From: an uncultured Actinomycetes bacterium
GTDB lineage: Bacteria > Actinomycetota > Thermoleophilia > UBA2241
DNA: 64,000 nucleotides
Assembly (NCBI GenBank): GCA_963767005.1
Contig: CAVYCN010000014.1
Location: 19,185-83,184 of the forward strand
Reading direction: 5' to 3'
Part shown: in pieces, positions 37,392 to 46,403 of the stretch
Layout of the letters: each line of letters starts with the position of its first letter
How positions within the stretch are numbered: position 1 is the stretch's first letter
The notes under the pieces: generated by a model
Databases searched by the model: none
The model's input: only the letters and a program-made list of their open reading frames with translations
Told to the model about the DNA's origin: nothing
Translations under genes and position numbers: made by a program

Positions 37392-38489
37392 CTACTTCAG
37401 GACCGGGACGATCGTGAATGTCGCGTGGTTGTTGCTCAGGTGCTTCTCGCCGGGCACGGGGCCGGCCACGACGGTGAGAGTCAACGACTTGGTCATCGCG
37501 GCGGCGGGGATCTGCCAGCCGGTCACGGTGGCGGTGCGCTTGCCGTGCAGCGGGATGTTCGGGATCGACGTCGTGAAGGTCTGCGGCGCCGAGATCCCCG
37601 GACCGGTCATGGTGGCCTTCACCGTGACGTTGCTCTCGGCGCTGCCGCCCTGGTTCTCGACGGTGACGAGCACCTGCAGGCCGATCGAGGCGACGAAGTG
37701 GGTGGATGCGCCCACCGTCAGCGTCGTCGTCTTGCCGTTGCTGCGGACGGCGACGCCGCCCAGGCCGACCCCGTGCACGCCGGTGAGCTTGGTCGACGAC
37801 GAGATCGTCGCCAGGGCGGCCTGCAGGGCGCTCGCGCTGAACACGTTGCTGTGCGAGAAGAAGCTCACGGCCGGCACGGCCACGTTGCTCACGCCGTCGG
37901 CCGCCATGGCCTGCTGCGCCTGGCGGTAGAAGAGCTCGTTGTAGTAGACGTCGGGCCCGGTGAAGTAGCCCGACAGGGCCGCCAGCTTCTTGGCGGTCGC
38001 GGCCTTGTTCTTGCCGTTCAGGGCGGCGATCAGGCCGTCCCTCACCTGCTCGACGCCGGCCAGGCGCACGAGCTGGCCCTGCACGAGGATCTGGTGCAGC
38101 GCCTTGAGCTTGCCGGGCGGGCTGATGCGCTCGGTGCGCTGGGTGATCTCGGTCTGCGCCTGGACCAGGGTGGTGAGCTGGGTCACGAGCTGAGTACGGC
38201 CGTAGCGCGTGGGGTCGGAGAGCAGCGCCGCGATCGGCTTGCCCACCTTGTTCGCGGCGTCGCTCTGCACCTGCTGCACCTCGGTGAAGTACGTGCGATA
38301 CGACGACTCCTTGGCGTTCTGCTGGCAGGAGCGGATGACGAGCGCCAGCACGAACACGATCACGAAGAGTGCGACGAGCGCGATCACCAGGCGCTGGATA
38401 CGCAGGCGCGTGCGGTTGCGGCGGCGGCGCGGGCGCGGCGCGGGGCCTGATACCTGGGTTACCTCTGCGTCATCGTCGAAGAACGACAC
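37392..38489 (-). CDS. Membrane-anchored exported protein with C-terminal CARDB/Ig-like domain
   Basis: TM followed by RSC; C-terminal VTVENQG...E..V.V...PVPGEKHLSNN. Confidence 0.75.
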   Translation of the reverse strand: MSFFDDDAEVTQVSGPAPRPRRRRNRTRLRIQRLVIALVALFVIVFVLALVIRSCQQNAKESSYRTYFTEVQQVQSDAANKVGKPIAALLSDPTRYGRTQLVTQLTTLVQAQTEITQRTERISPPGKLKALHQILVQGQLVRLAGVEQVRDGLIAALNGKNKAATAKKLAALSGYFTGPDVYYNELFYRQAQQAMAADGVSNVAVPAVSFFSHSNVFSASALQAALATISSSTKLTGVHGVGLGGVAVRSNGKTTTLTVGASTHFVASIGLQVLVTVENQGGSAESNVTVKATMTGPGISAPQTFTTSIPNIPLHGKRTATVTGWQIPAAAMTKSLTLTVVAGPVPGEKHLSNNHATFTIVPVLK

Positions 38490-38551
38490 TAGGCGCTCCA
38501 CGCACTCAAGCCCGCCTGAGCGGTGACGGCGAAGCCGATCGCCGGCACTAG
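38490..38551 (+). repeat. Degenerate dispersed copy of the 59-bp hairpin repeat
   Basis: taggcgc...gcctgagcggtgacggcgaagccgatcgccggcactag matches the 40447 unit. Confidence 0.8.
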
Positions 38552-38568
38552 AGCTCCGGCCGGAGGAT

Positions 38569-38655
38569 TGGTGGGCGAGGCGGGATTTGAACCCGCAAGC
38601 TCTTGCGAGCACTAGGTCCTGAACCTAGCGTGTCTGCCAATTTCACCACTCGCCC
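38569..38655 (-). tRNA. tRNA-Leu(CAG)
   Basis: GGGCGAGTGGTGAAATTGGCAGACACGCTAGGTTCAGGACCTAG...GCGGGTTCAAATCCCGCCTCGCCCACCA; long variable arm, encoded CCA. Confidence 0.97.
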
Positions 38656-38751
38656 CTGTGGACCCCGAACAGGGTCAAGACTATACCACAGCGAATACTG
38701 GGCGGAAGGGCGAGACAAGCTCGGCCCCAAGCAGGACCGGAGGCTCCAGAG

Positions 38752-40449
38752 GTGGCTGTGCCGTCGTACGAGCAGACGCCGCTCTACACCGCCTGGCGGG
38801 AGCGCTACGAGATCGTCGGCCGCATCGGCGCCGGCGGCTTCGCCGACGTCTACGAAGCGTTCGACCGCCAGGCCGGCGCCGAGGTGGCGCTCAAGGTGAT
38901 CGACGAGCGCGGCGTGCCGCCCGGCCGCGTCGTGCGCGAGGTCGAGGCCGCCGAGGCGCTCGACCACCCCGCCATCGTCGCCCTGCTCGACTTCTTCTCG
39001 GACGGCCGGCGCAGCTTCCTGGTGTGGGAGCTCGTGCGCGGCCAGTCGCTCGCCGAGCTCGCCGGCGAGCTGCGCGACGACGAGGCGATGCTCGCCGCCG
39101 CGCAGCTCTGCGACGCGCTGGCCTACGCCCACGCGAGCGGCGTCGTGCACCGCGACGTCAAGCCCGAGAACGTGATGATCGACACGCACGGCCGGGTCAA
39201 GGTCATGGACTTCGGCATCGCCCGCCTGGCCGGCGCCGACACGATGACGGCCGAGGGCGAGCTGCTCGGCACGGTGGCCTACATGTCGCCCGAGCAGGCC
39301 GCCGGGCGGCGCGTGGGGCCGGCGACCGACGTCTACTCGGCCGGCGTGCTGCTCTACGAGCTGCTCGCCGGCAGTAACCCCGTGCGCGGCGCGACCGCCG
39401 GCGAGACCGTCGGCAACATCCTCGCCGGGCGTATCGCCCCGCTCGAGACCGCGCGCCCCGACCTGCCCGCCGAGCTCTGCGACGCCGTCGCGGCGGCCTG
39501 CAGCCTCGACGCCCGCGACCGCCCGGCGGCAGCCGACCTGGCGGCCTCGCTGCGCGGCCTCGCCGGCCGCCTCGCCGGTGGCCGCCGCCTGCGTCCCGCA
39601 CGGCTGCTCGCGCCGCTGCGCCGGCTGCACGTGGTCGCCGAGCGCGGCCTGGGCGCCGGCCTCGCGGCCGGCGCGCTGGCCGCGCTGCTCGCGCGCCTGC
39701 CGGCCTACCCGGCCGGCTGGACGCTGCCGCTCGCGCTGGCCGTCGTCGTCCTGTGGATCGTGCTGCCCGGAGCCGGCCTCGCCCTGGCGCTCGGCGCCGC
39801 CGCGTTCCCGCTCTTCAACGTCTCGGCCGCCGCCGGCCTCGCCTACCTGCCGGTCGCCGTGGTCGTGGCGATCGGCTTTCGCCGGCGGCCGCTCTTCGCC
39901 GTCTGGCCGGCGCTCGCCCTGCTGCTCGCGCCGGTCGCCGGCACGCTGCTGGCCGGGTGCGCAGCGGCCGTCTTCGGCCGCCGCCGCGCGCCGTTCCTGG
40001 CCGCCTGGACGGGGTTCGTCGTGTACCTGGTGCTGAGCATCACGGCGCGCACGCGCGACGCCTTCGCCGGCTACCAGACGCCGGGCCTGGCGGCCCGGCG
40101 CCTGCTCACGGCCGGCGACCCCGTGACCGCGTTCGTCAGCGTCGCCCATCTCCTGACGAGTCGCGCCTGCCTGTTGCAGGCCGCCCTGTGGGCCGGCCTC
40201 GCCCTGGCGCTGGCGGCCGCCGCGCGCCCCGGCCGGCTCGAGGCGCGACTGTGGCCGTGGTCGCTCGCCTTCTGCATCTTCTACCTGGCCGCCCGCGTCG
40301 TGCCGGTGTCGCTCTGGGGTGCGTCCGCCGGCGCGCGCGAGCTGCTCCTGAACGTGATCGTGGCCGCCTTGGTGAGCGGCGCCGTGCTGGCGCTCGCGCC
40401 GGCCGCTGCACGCCCGCTCGAGCCGGCCGGCGAGCCGCTGTGGGAGTAG
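38752..40449 (+). CDS. Hanks-type Ser/Thr kinase with polytopic C-terminal membrane domain
   Basis: GAGGFA, VALK, HRDVKPEN, DFG, YMSPE, DVYS; many C-terminal TMs. Confidence 0.92.
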   Translation: MAVPSYEQTPLYTAWRERYEIVGRIGAGGFADVYEAFDRQAGAEVALKVIDERGVPPGRVVREVEAAEALDHPAIVALLDFFSDGRRSFLVWELVRGQSLAELAGELRDDEAMLAAAQLCDALAYAHASGVVHRDVKPENVMIDTHGRVKVMDFGIARLAGADTMTAEGELLGTVAYMSPEQAAGRRVGPATDVYSAGVLLYELLAGSNPVRGATAGETVGNILAGRIAPLETARPDLPAELCDAVAAACSLDARDRPAAADLAASLRGLAGRLAGGRRLRPARLLAPLRRLHVVAERGLGAGLAAGALAALLARLPAYPAGWTLPLALAVVVLWIVLPGAGLALALGAAAFPLFNVSAAAGLAYLPVAVVVAIGFRRRPLFAVWPALALLLAPVAGTLLAGCAAAVFGRRRAPFLAAWTGFVVYLVLSITARTRDAFAGYQTPGLAARRLLTAGDPVTAFVSVAHLLTSRACLLQAALWAGLALALAAAARPGRLEARLWPWSLAFCIFYLAARVVPVSLWGASAGARELLLNVIVAALVSGAVLALAPAAARPLEPAGEPLWE

Positions 40450-40630
40450 GCGCGCAGCGCAGCCACGCATGCCTGAGCGGCGACGACGAAGTCGACCGCC
40501 GGCACTAGGCGCGCAGCGCAGCCACGCATGCCTGAGCGGCGACGACGAAGTCGATCGCCGGCACTAGGCGCGCAGCGCAGCCACGCATGCCTGAGCGGCG
40601 ACGACGAAGTCGATCGCCGGCACTAGGCGC
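40447..40630 (+). repeat. 59-bp tandem repeat, 3 copies plus 7-bp partial, containing a hairpin
   Basis: TAGGCGCGCAGCGCAGCCACGCATGCCTGAGCGGCGACGACGAAGTCGA(C/T)CGCCGGCAC at 40447, 40506 and 40565; no spacers. Confidence 0.95.
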
Positions 40631-40789
40631 AGGAGTCGACGGTCGCGGTCCGCGGAGACGCCGCCGCTCGTGCCGGCGTGAGCACGGGACCCCAAGGCGA
40701 GCCCGTGTGGCGTGGCCGCTCCGGGGAGATGAACCTGTGGTAGGCTACTTCGTCGCAGATGAAGCCGGCCGTCCGGCAGGGAGCTTCCG

Positions 40790-41593
40790 GTGAACGTCCT
40801 CAAGTCGATCGAGAAGCACATGGAGAAGATGGTCGAAGGCCTCTTCGGCCGTGCCTTCAAGTCGAGCGTGCAACCGGTCGAGCTCGCCCACAAGCTCGCC
40901 AAGGAGATGAGCGACCACAAGACGGTGGGCGTGTCGCGCATCTACGTGCCGAGCGAGTACGACGTCTACCTGTCGCCCAGCGACCACGAGCAGCTGAGCT
41001 CGTTCGAAGGACCGCTCGCCGAGGATCTCGCGAGCTACCTCGTGGCCTTCGCCAACCGCGAGGGCTGGACCCTCGTGGCCGCGCCCCGCATCGCCCTGCA
41101 CGCCGACGACGACCTCGCCCTGGGCGAGTTCGGCATCGCCACGCAGATGGGGGCGCCGGCGCCGTCCGAGCGGGTCCTGCCGGTCGTGCCGTCGCCGGTC
41201 GGCACCGTCGCCAAGCCGCCGGCCGGCCTGTCGCAGACCATCGTCTTCCAGCCGCCCGCGGCCGCCGCGGCGGCCGCGGACGCCGTCGCGACCGAGGCGC
41301 CGCCGCGACTGTGCGGGGTGCTCGTCGCCGGCGAGCGCGCGTACCGCCTCGACGCGCCTGCCACCGTGCTGGGCCGCAGCCGGCAGTGCGACGTCGTCTT
41401 GAACGATCCGAACGTGTCGCGGCGCCACGCCGAGGTGCGCCGCGAGGGCGACGACGGCTGGGTGCTCGTCGACCTGGGCTCCACCAACGGCGTCCTCGTG
41501 AACGGGCAGGAGGTGAAACGCGCCGCGCTCGCCGACGGCGACCGGCTGCAGCTCGGGACCACCGGCCTGCGCTTCGAGACGAGACCGTGCTAG
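40790..41593 (+). CDS. fhaA: FhaA (DUF3662 + FHA)
   Basis: FKSSVQPVELAHKL...; LGRS..CD....D.NVSRRHA...DLGSTNG. Confidence 0.92.
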   Translation: MNVLKSIEKHMEKMVEGLFGRAFKSSVQPVELAHKLAKEMSDHKTVGVSRIYVPSEYDVYLSPSDHEQLSSFEGPLAEDLASYLVAFANREGWTLVAAPRIALHADDDLALGEFGIATQMGAPAPSERVLPVVPSPVGTVAKPPAGLSQTIVFQPPAAAAAAADAVATEAPPRLCGVLVAGERAYRLDAPATVLGRSRQCDVVLNDPNVSRRHAEVRREGDDGWVLVDLGSTNGVLVNGQEVKRAALADGDRLQLGTTGLRFETRPC

Positions 41594-42177
41594 ACACCGT
41601 CCTCTTCGTCCTCAAGATCGCCTTCCTCGTCCTGCTGTTCCTGTTCGTGCTCTTCGTCGTGCGCCGCACCGTGCGCGACGTGCGCGCCGGCAGCGCGCCG
41701 CAGGCGGCGCCGCCGGCGCGGCGCCCGCCCGAGGCGGTCGCGCCGCCGGTCGAGGCGCCCGCGGCCGACCTCGCGGCTGCCGCACCGAGCGTGCCCGAGC
41801 CGACGCCGGCCGAGCGCCGCCGCCGCCGCGAGCGGCGCGAGGCCGAACGCACCATGCCGGGCGAATCGCTCGACCTCATGGCCCATATCGAGCCGCGCCT
41901 CGTCGTCGAGGCGAGCCCCGTGCTCGAGACCGGCACCGCGATCAAGCTCGAGGGCTGGATCATGATCGGCCGCTCGCCGGCCAGCGACCTCGTCCTCGAC
42001 GACCCCTACGTGTCGCAGACGCACGCACGCGTCGTGCCGCGCGGGCAGCTCCACTTCGTCGAAGACCTGGGCAGCACCAACGGCACTTTCGTGAACGGGC
42101 GTGAGGTGGTCGAGGCGCAACTCCTCCTCGACACCGAGCTGCGCATCGGCGAGACGGTCTTCCGCTACGAGGAGTGA
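41587..42177 (+). CDS. fhaB: FhaB/FipA-like FHA protein with N-terminal TM
   Basis: LKIAFLVLLFLF; IGRS...DPYVSQTHA...DLGSTNGTFVN. Confidence 0.88.
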   Translation: MLDTVLFVLKIAFLVLLFLFVLFVVRRTVRDVRAGSAPQAAPPARRPPEAVAPPVEAPAADLAAAAPSVPEPTPAERRRRRERREAERTMPGESLDLMAHIEPRLVVEASPVLETGTAIKLEGWIMIGRSPASDLVLDDPYVSQTHARVVPRGQLHFVEDLGSTNGTFVNGREVVEAQLLLDTELRIGETVFRYEE

Positions 42178-42184
42178 CGGGCCC

Positions 42185-43543
42185 GTGAGCCTCGTCGCCC
42201 GCCACGCCGCGCTGACCGACATCGGTCTGCACAGGACGACCAACGAAGACTCGTTCGTCGCCGAGCCCCCGCTGTTCGCCGTCGCCGACGGCATGGGCGG
42301 GGCGCAGGCCGGCGAGGTCGCGTCGGCCCTCGCCCTCGAGACGCTCGCCGAGGCCCTGGCCGGGCAGGCCGACCTGCCCGCCGCCGCCGGCAGCGCCAAC
42401 GGCCGCGTCTGGCGCGCGGCGCGCTCCGACCGGGCGCGCAGCGGCATGGGCACCACCCTGACGGCCGTGCTGCTGCGCGGCGACCGCCTCGAATACGCCC
42501 ATGTCGGCGACAGCCGTCTCTACCTGTGGCGCGACGGGCGCCTGCAGCAGGTCACCGACGACCACTCGCTGGTCGGCGAGATGGTGCGCGAGGGTCACCT
42601 GAGCCGCGAGGCGGCCCAGACCCACCCGCAGCGCAGCATCCTGAGCCGCGCCCTGGGCACCGAGCCCGACGTCGAGATCGACACCGGCGAGCTCCCCCTG
42701 CGGGCCGGCGACGCCGTGCTGCTCTGCAGCGACGGACTCTCGTCGATGGTGACCGACGACACGATTGCGGGCGTGCTCGCGGCGCTCGACGAGCCCGCCA
42801 GGGTGGCGCGCCGTCTGGTGAGCGAGGCCAAGAGCGGCGGCGGCCACGACAACATCACGGTCGTGGTGCTGCGCTTCGAGCGCGCGGACGGCGCCGACGG
42901 CGACGACGACGAGGACACCCTTGTGCCGGGCGGGGCGGCGGCTGTAGCCGCCGCCCCGCCCGGCACCCCGCCCACGCAGCTCTCGTTCGACGCCGCCGAT
43001 GGGCAGGCCGCACCGCCCGATGGGCAGGCGGCACCAGTCGGCGGGGCCGTGACGCCCGCCGACGGCCAAGCGGCCCCTGCCGGGGCACCGGCCGACGAGG
43101 CCGCGGCTTCCGGTGAGGCACCAGTCGGCGGGGCCGTGACGCCCGCCGACGGCCAGGCAGCCCCCGGCGAGGGACCGGCCCCCGAGGCGGCCGGCGCCGG
43201 CGCAGCCGCGGCGCCCGATGCGCAGCCCGCCGCCGCGCCGCGCCGCCGGCGGCGCCGGCGGCTCTGGCTCGCCGTCGTCCTGGTCGTGGTGCTCGCCGCG
43301 TGCCTCGGCGGCGGCGCGACCCTGGGCAGCCTGTACTTCGTCGGCGATCACGACGGCAACGTCACGGTGTTCCACGGCGTGCCGGTGACGGTCGCCGGCC
43401 TGAAGCTCTACGACCCGTACCTCGAGACGACCACGCCGCTCGCGGCCGTGCGGCCGGCCGTGCTGGCCCGCGTCGAGCGTCACGACCTGCACCGCAAGGC
43501 GGCGGCCCTGGCCCTCGCCCGCGAGGCGCAAGGCCAGCCGTGA
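42185..43543 (+). CDS. pstP: PP2C-family Ser/Thr phosphatase
   Basis: TDIG..R..NED, VADGMGG, GMGTT, HVGDSR, CSDGL, GGHDNIT; C-terminal TM. Confidence 0.93.
   Translation: MSLVARHAALTDIGLHRTTNEDSFVAEPPLFAVADGMGGAQAGEVASALALETLAEALAGQADLPAAAGSANGRVWRAARSDRARSGMGTTLTAVLLRGDRLEYAHVGDSRLYLWRDGRLQQVTDDHSLVGEMVREGHLSREAAQTHPQRSILSRALGTEPDVEIDTGELPLRAGDAVLLCSDGLSSMVTDDTIAGVLAALDEPARVARRLVSEAKSGGGHDNITVVVLRFERADGADGDDDEDTLVPGGAAAVAAAPPGTPPTQLSFDAADGQAAPPDGQAAPVGGAVTPADGQAAPAGAPADEAAASGEAPVGGAVTPADGQAAPGEGPAPEAAGAGAAAAPDAQPAAAPRRRRRRRLWLAVVLVVVLAACLGGGATLGSLYFVGDHDGNVTVFHGVPVTVAGLKLYDPYLETTTPLAAVRPAVLARVERHDLHRKAAALALAREAQGQP
43031..43155 (+). repeat. 38-bp direct duplication in the PstP linker
   Basis: gcaccagtcggcggggccgtgacgcccgccgacggcca at 43031 and 43118. 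Confidence 0.85.
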
Positions 43544-43586
43544 GCCGGCTCGCCGCCGACCCCGTGCGCCGCCGGCGTCGGCTGCC

Positions 43587-44909
43587 GTGAGCCGCCGCAA
43601 CGTCGAGCTCCTCCTGCTCGTGCTGGTCGGTGTGACGGCGACGGTCGCCTACGCCTCGGTGTACGCGGCCCGCTTCCACGAGCTCAGCCGTGATTCGGTC
43701 ACGACCGGCGCCCTGTTCGTCGTGCTGTTCCTCGTCGTCCACCTGGCCGAGCGCCGCTACCTGGCCCAGGCCGACCCGTATCTCGTGCCGATCGCCGCGC
43801 TGCTCAGCGCGATCGGCCTGACCGAGATCTACCGCATCTCGCCGGCCCTCGCCTGGAAGCAGGGCGAGTGGCTGCTGATCGGCGTCGTGCTGTTCGTGGC
43901 CACGGTGATCGTGGTGCGCGACGTGCACCGGCTCGACAGCTACCGCTACCTCATCGGCCTGCTCGGCCTGCTCCTGCTCGCCGTGACGGCGGTGCTCGGC
44001 ACCAACGTCAACGGCGCCCGCCTCTGGATCCGCGTGGCCGGCTTCTCGATCCAGCCGTCCGAGTTCGCCAAGATCGCCATCGTCGTGTTCCTGGCCGGCT
44101 ATCTCGACCAGAACAAGGAGATGCTGTCGGTGCCGACGTCGCGCCTGCTCGGCCTGCCGGTGCCGCCCCTCAAGTACTTCGGACCGCTGCTCGTCATGTG
44201 GGTGCTGTCGCTGCTCATGCTGGTCTTCATGAAGGACTTCGGCATGTCGCTGCTGTTCCTGGCCACCTTCATCGCCATGCTCTACCTGGCGACCACCCGG
44301 CTCGCCTACGTGGTCGCCGGCGCCGCCCTGTTCGCGGTGGGCGCGGGCGGCGCTTACCAGTACGTGGCCCACGTCCACGAGCGCTTCGCCATCTGGCTCG
44401 ACCCCTGGCGGACGGCCACGACGAGCGGCTACCAGCTCCTGCAGTCGCTGTTCGCGATGGCCGACGGCGGCATCGTCGGCGCGGGCTTCGGTCGCGGTTA
44501 CCTGCTCTACGCCAATCACGTGCCGACGGTGCCCGAGCTGCCCACCGACTTCATCTTCAGCGCGATCGCCAACGAGCTCGGGGTCACCGGCGCGATCGGC
44601 GTCATCCTGCTCTACCTGCTCTTCGCCTGGCGCGGCTTTCACGTGGCCCTGCGCGCCGGCGACGGCTTCTCCAAGCTGCTCGCGGCCGGCCTCGCCATCG
44701 TGTTCGGCCTGCAGAGCTTCATCATCATCGGCGGCGTCACGCGTCTGATCCCGCTGACGGGCATCACGCTGCCCTTCGTGAGCTACGGCGGCAGTTCGCT
44801 CACCGCCAACCTCATCCTGGTCGCGCTGCTCCTCATGGTGTCTCACCGCAGCGAGGTGCTCGAGGCCGGCACCGCGAGCGAGCGGCTGCGTCTGGCGGAG
44901 CTCGCGTGA
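43587..44909 (+). CDS. rodA: FtsW/RodA/SpoVE SEDS protein
   Basis: GARLWI....SIQPSEFAK, TDFIFS, PLTGITLPFVSYGGSS. Confidence 0.95.
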   Translation: MSRRNVELLLLVLVGVTATVAYASVYAARFHELSRDSVTTGALFVVLFLVVHLAERRYLAQADPYLVPIAALLSAIGLTEIYRISPALAWKQGEWLLIGVVLFVATVIVVRDVHRLDSYRYLIGLLGLLLLAVTAVLGTNVNGARLWIRVAGFSIQPSEFAKIAIVVFLAGYLDQNKEMLSVPTSRLLGLPVPPLKYFGPLLVMWVLSLLMLVFMKDFGMSLLFLATFIAMLYLATTRLAYVVAGAALFAVGAGGAYQYVAHVHERFAIWLDPWRTATTSGYQLLQSLFAMADGGIVGAGFGRGYLLYANHVPTVPELPTDFIFSAIANELGVTGAIGVILLYLLFAWRGFHVALRAGDGFSKLLAAGLAIVFGLQSFIIIGGVTRLIPLTGITLPFVSYGGSSLTANLILVALLLMVSHRSEVLEAGTASERLRLAELA

Positions 44910-46336
44910 ACCGCGCCATCGTCCGCCTGTTCATCGTCGGGGTGATCCTCATGGCCGCCCTCATGGTGAACGTCGTCTGGATCCAGGTGTTCCACGCGTC
45001 CAGTCTGCAGGCCGCGCCCGAGAACCACCGCGTGATCGCCCAGCAGCTCCGCGTGAAGCGCGGCCTGATCGTCGGCTTCGACGGCTCGGTCATCGCCGGC
45101 GTCCGGCAGCGTTCCGGCTTCTACTATCGGACCTATCCGCACGGCGCGATCGCGCCCCAGATCGTGGGCTACGACAGCGCGCGCTACGGCCAGACGGGCA
45201 TCGAAGCCGCGATGAACACCTACCTGAGCGGCGCCGACGTCGGCACGAGCGGCCTGATCGACCGCCTGCTCGGCCGGCACAGCCCGGGCGCCAACGTGCG
45301 CCTCACGATCGTGCCGGCGGTGCAGAAGGTGGCGCAGAGCGCGCTCGGCGGGCAGGTCGGCGCGATCGTGGCGCTCGACCCCCGGACGGGCGCCGTCATC
45401 GCCGCCGCCTCGGCGCCGACCTACGATCCGGCGTCGATCGACAGCGCGTTCCCGCGCCTCTCGCGCGAGCGCGGCGCGCCGCTGCTGTCGCGCGCCACGC
45501 AAGGCCTCTACCCGCCGGGCTCGTCGTTCAAGGTCGTCACGGCGACCGCTGGCCTCAGCCTGGGCAAGGTGAAGCCGACGACGACCTTCGACGACACCGG
45601 CACGTACTCGATCTACGGCGGCAAGGTCACCAACTACCACGGCGAGGTCTACGGCCGGCACGACTTCACCCAGGCCCTCACCTATTCGATCAACACGACC
45701 TTCGCCAAGGTCGGCACCCTGCTCGGTCAGCCCGCCCTGATCGACCAGATGCGAAAGTACGGCTTCTACCAGACGCCGCCGCTCGAGCTGCCGGCCGGCC
45801 TCGTGTACCCGAGCGGGCGCTACAGCGGCGCCCACCTGCTCGCGCCGGGCGCCGCCATGGACCCGCTCGCCCTGGCCTGGGCCGCCGTCGGCCAGGAGAA
45901 CGTGCTGGCCACGCCGCTGCAGATGGCCCTGGTGGCGGCCGGCGTGGCAAACGGCGGCCGGGTGATGAAGCCCTATCTCGTGCAGCGCGTGACGAGCAGC
46001 ACGGGGCAGACGCTCGAGACGGCCGCGCCGAGCGTCTGGACGACGGCGACCTCGGCCGCCACGGCGCAGACGCTCAACACCATGATGCAGCAGGTCGTGA
46101 ACGCCGGCACCGGCACGGCGGCCGCGCTCTCGGGCATCCAGGTGGCCGGCAAGACCGGCACGGCCCAGCGCGGCTCGAGCAACGTGGCCTGGTTCATCGC
46201 CTTCGCGCCGGCCGCCGCTCCGAAGGTGGCGGTGGCCGTCACGATCGAGAACACGCAGTTCACCGGCGGCGATGTGGCGGCGCCGCTCGCCGCCCAGGTG
46301 ATCAAGGCCGCCCTGGCGCAGGCGGCGCTGCCGTGA
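44906..46336 (+). CDS. pbpA: Class B penicillin-binding protein
   Basis: PGSSFK (SxxK), SIN (SxN), KTGT. Confidence 0.93.
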   Translation: MNRAIVRLFIVGVILMAALMVNVVWIQVFHASSLQAAPENHRVIAQQLRVKRGLIVGFDGSVIAGVRQRSGFYYRTYPHGAIAPQIVGYDSARYGQTGIEAAMNTYLSGADVGTSGLIDRLLGRHSPGANVRLTIVPAVQKVAQSALGGQVGAIVALDPRTGAVIAAASAPTYDPASIDSAFPRLSRERGAPLLSRATQGLYPPGSSFKVVTATAGLSLGKVKPTTTFDDTGTYSIYGGKVTNYHGEVYGRHDFTQALTYSINTTFAKVGTLLGQPALIDQMRKYGFYQTPPLELPAGLVYPSGRYSGAHLLAPGAAMDPLALAWAAVGQENVLATPLQMALVAAGVANGGRVMKPYLVQRVTSSTGQTLETAAPSVWTTATSAATAQTLNTMMQQVVNAGTGTAAALSGIQVAGKTGTAQRGSSNVAWFIAFAPAAAPKVAVAVTIENTQFTGGDVAAPLAAQVIKAALAQAALP

Positions 46337-46403
46337 GCGTGGGGGCGGCCGTCGTCGGGCAGGACTCCACGGTCCCGTGTGGTAACGTGACGGCGAGGAG
46401 CTC

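Noticed and set aside
40447-40630. CRISPR array
   Set aside because: Units are contiguous, near-identical 59-mers with no unique spacers, and there are no cas genes in the window
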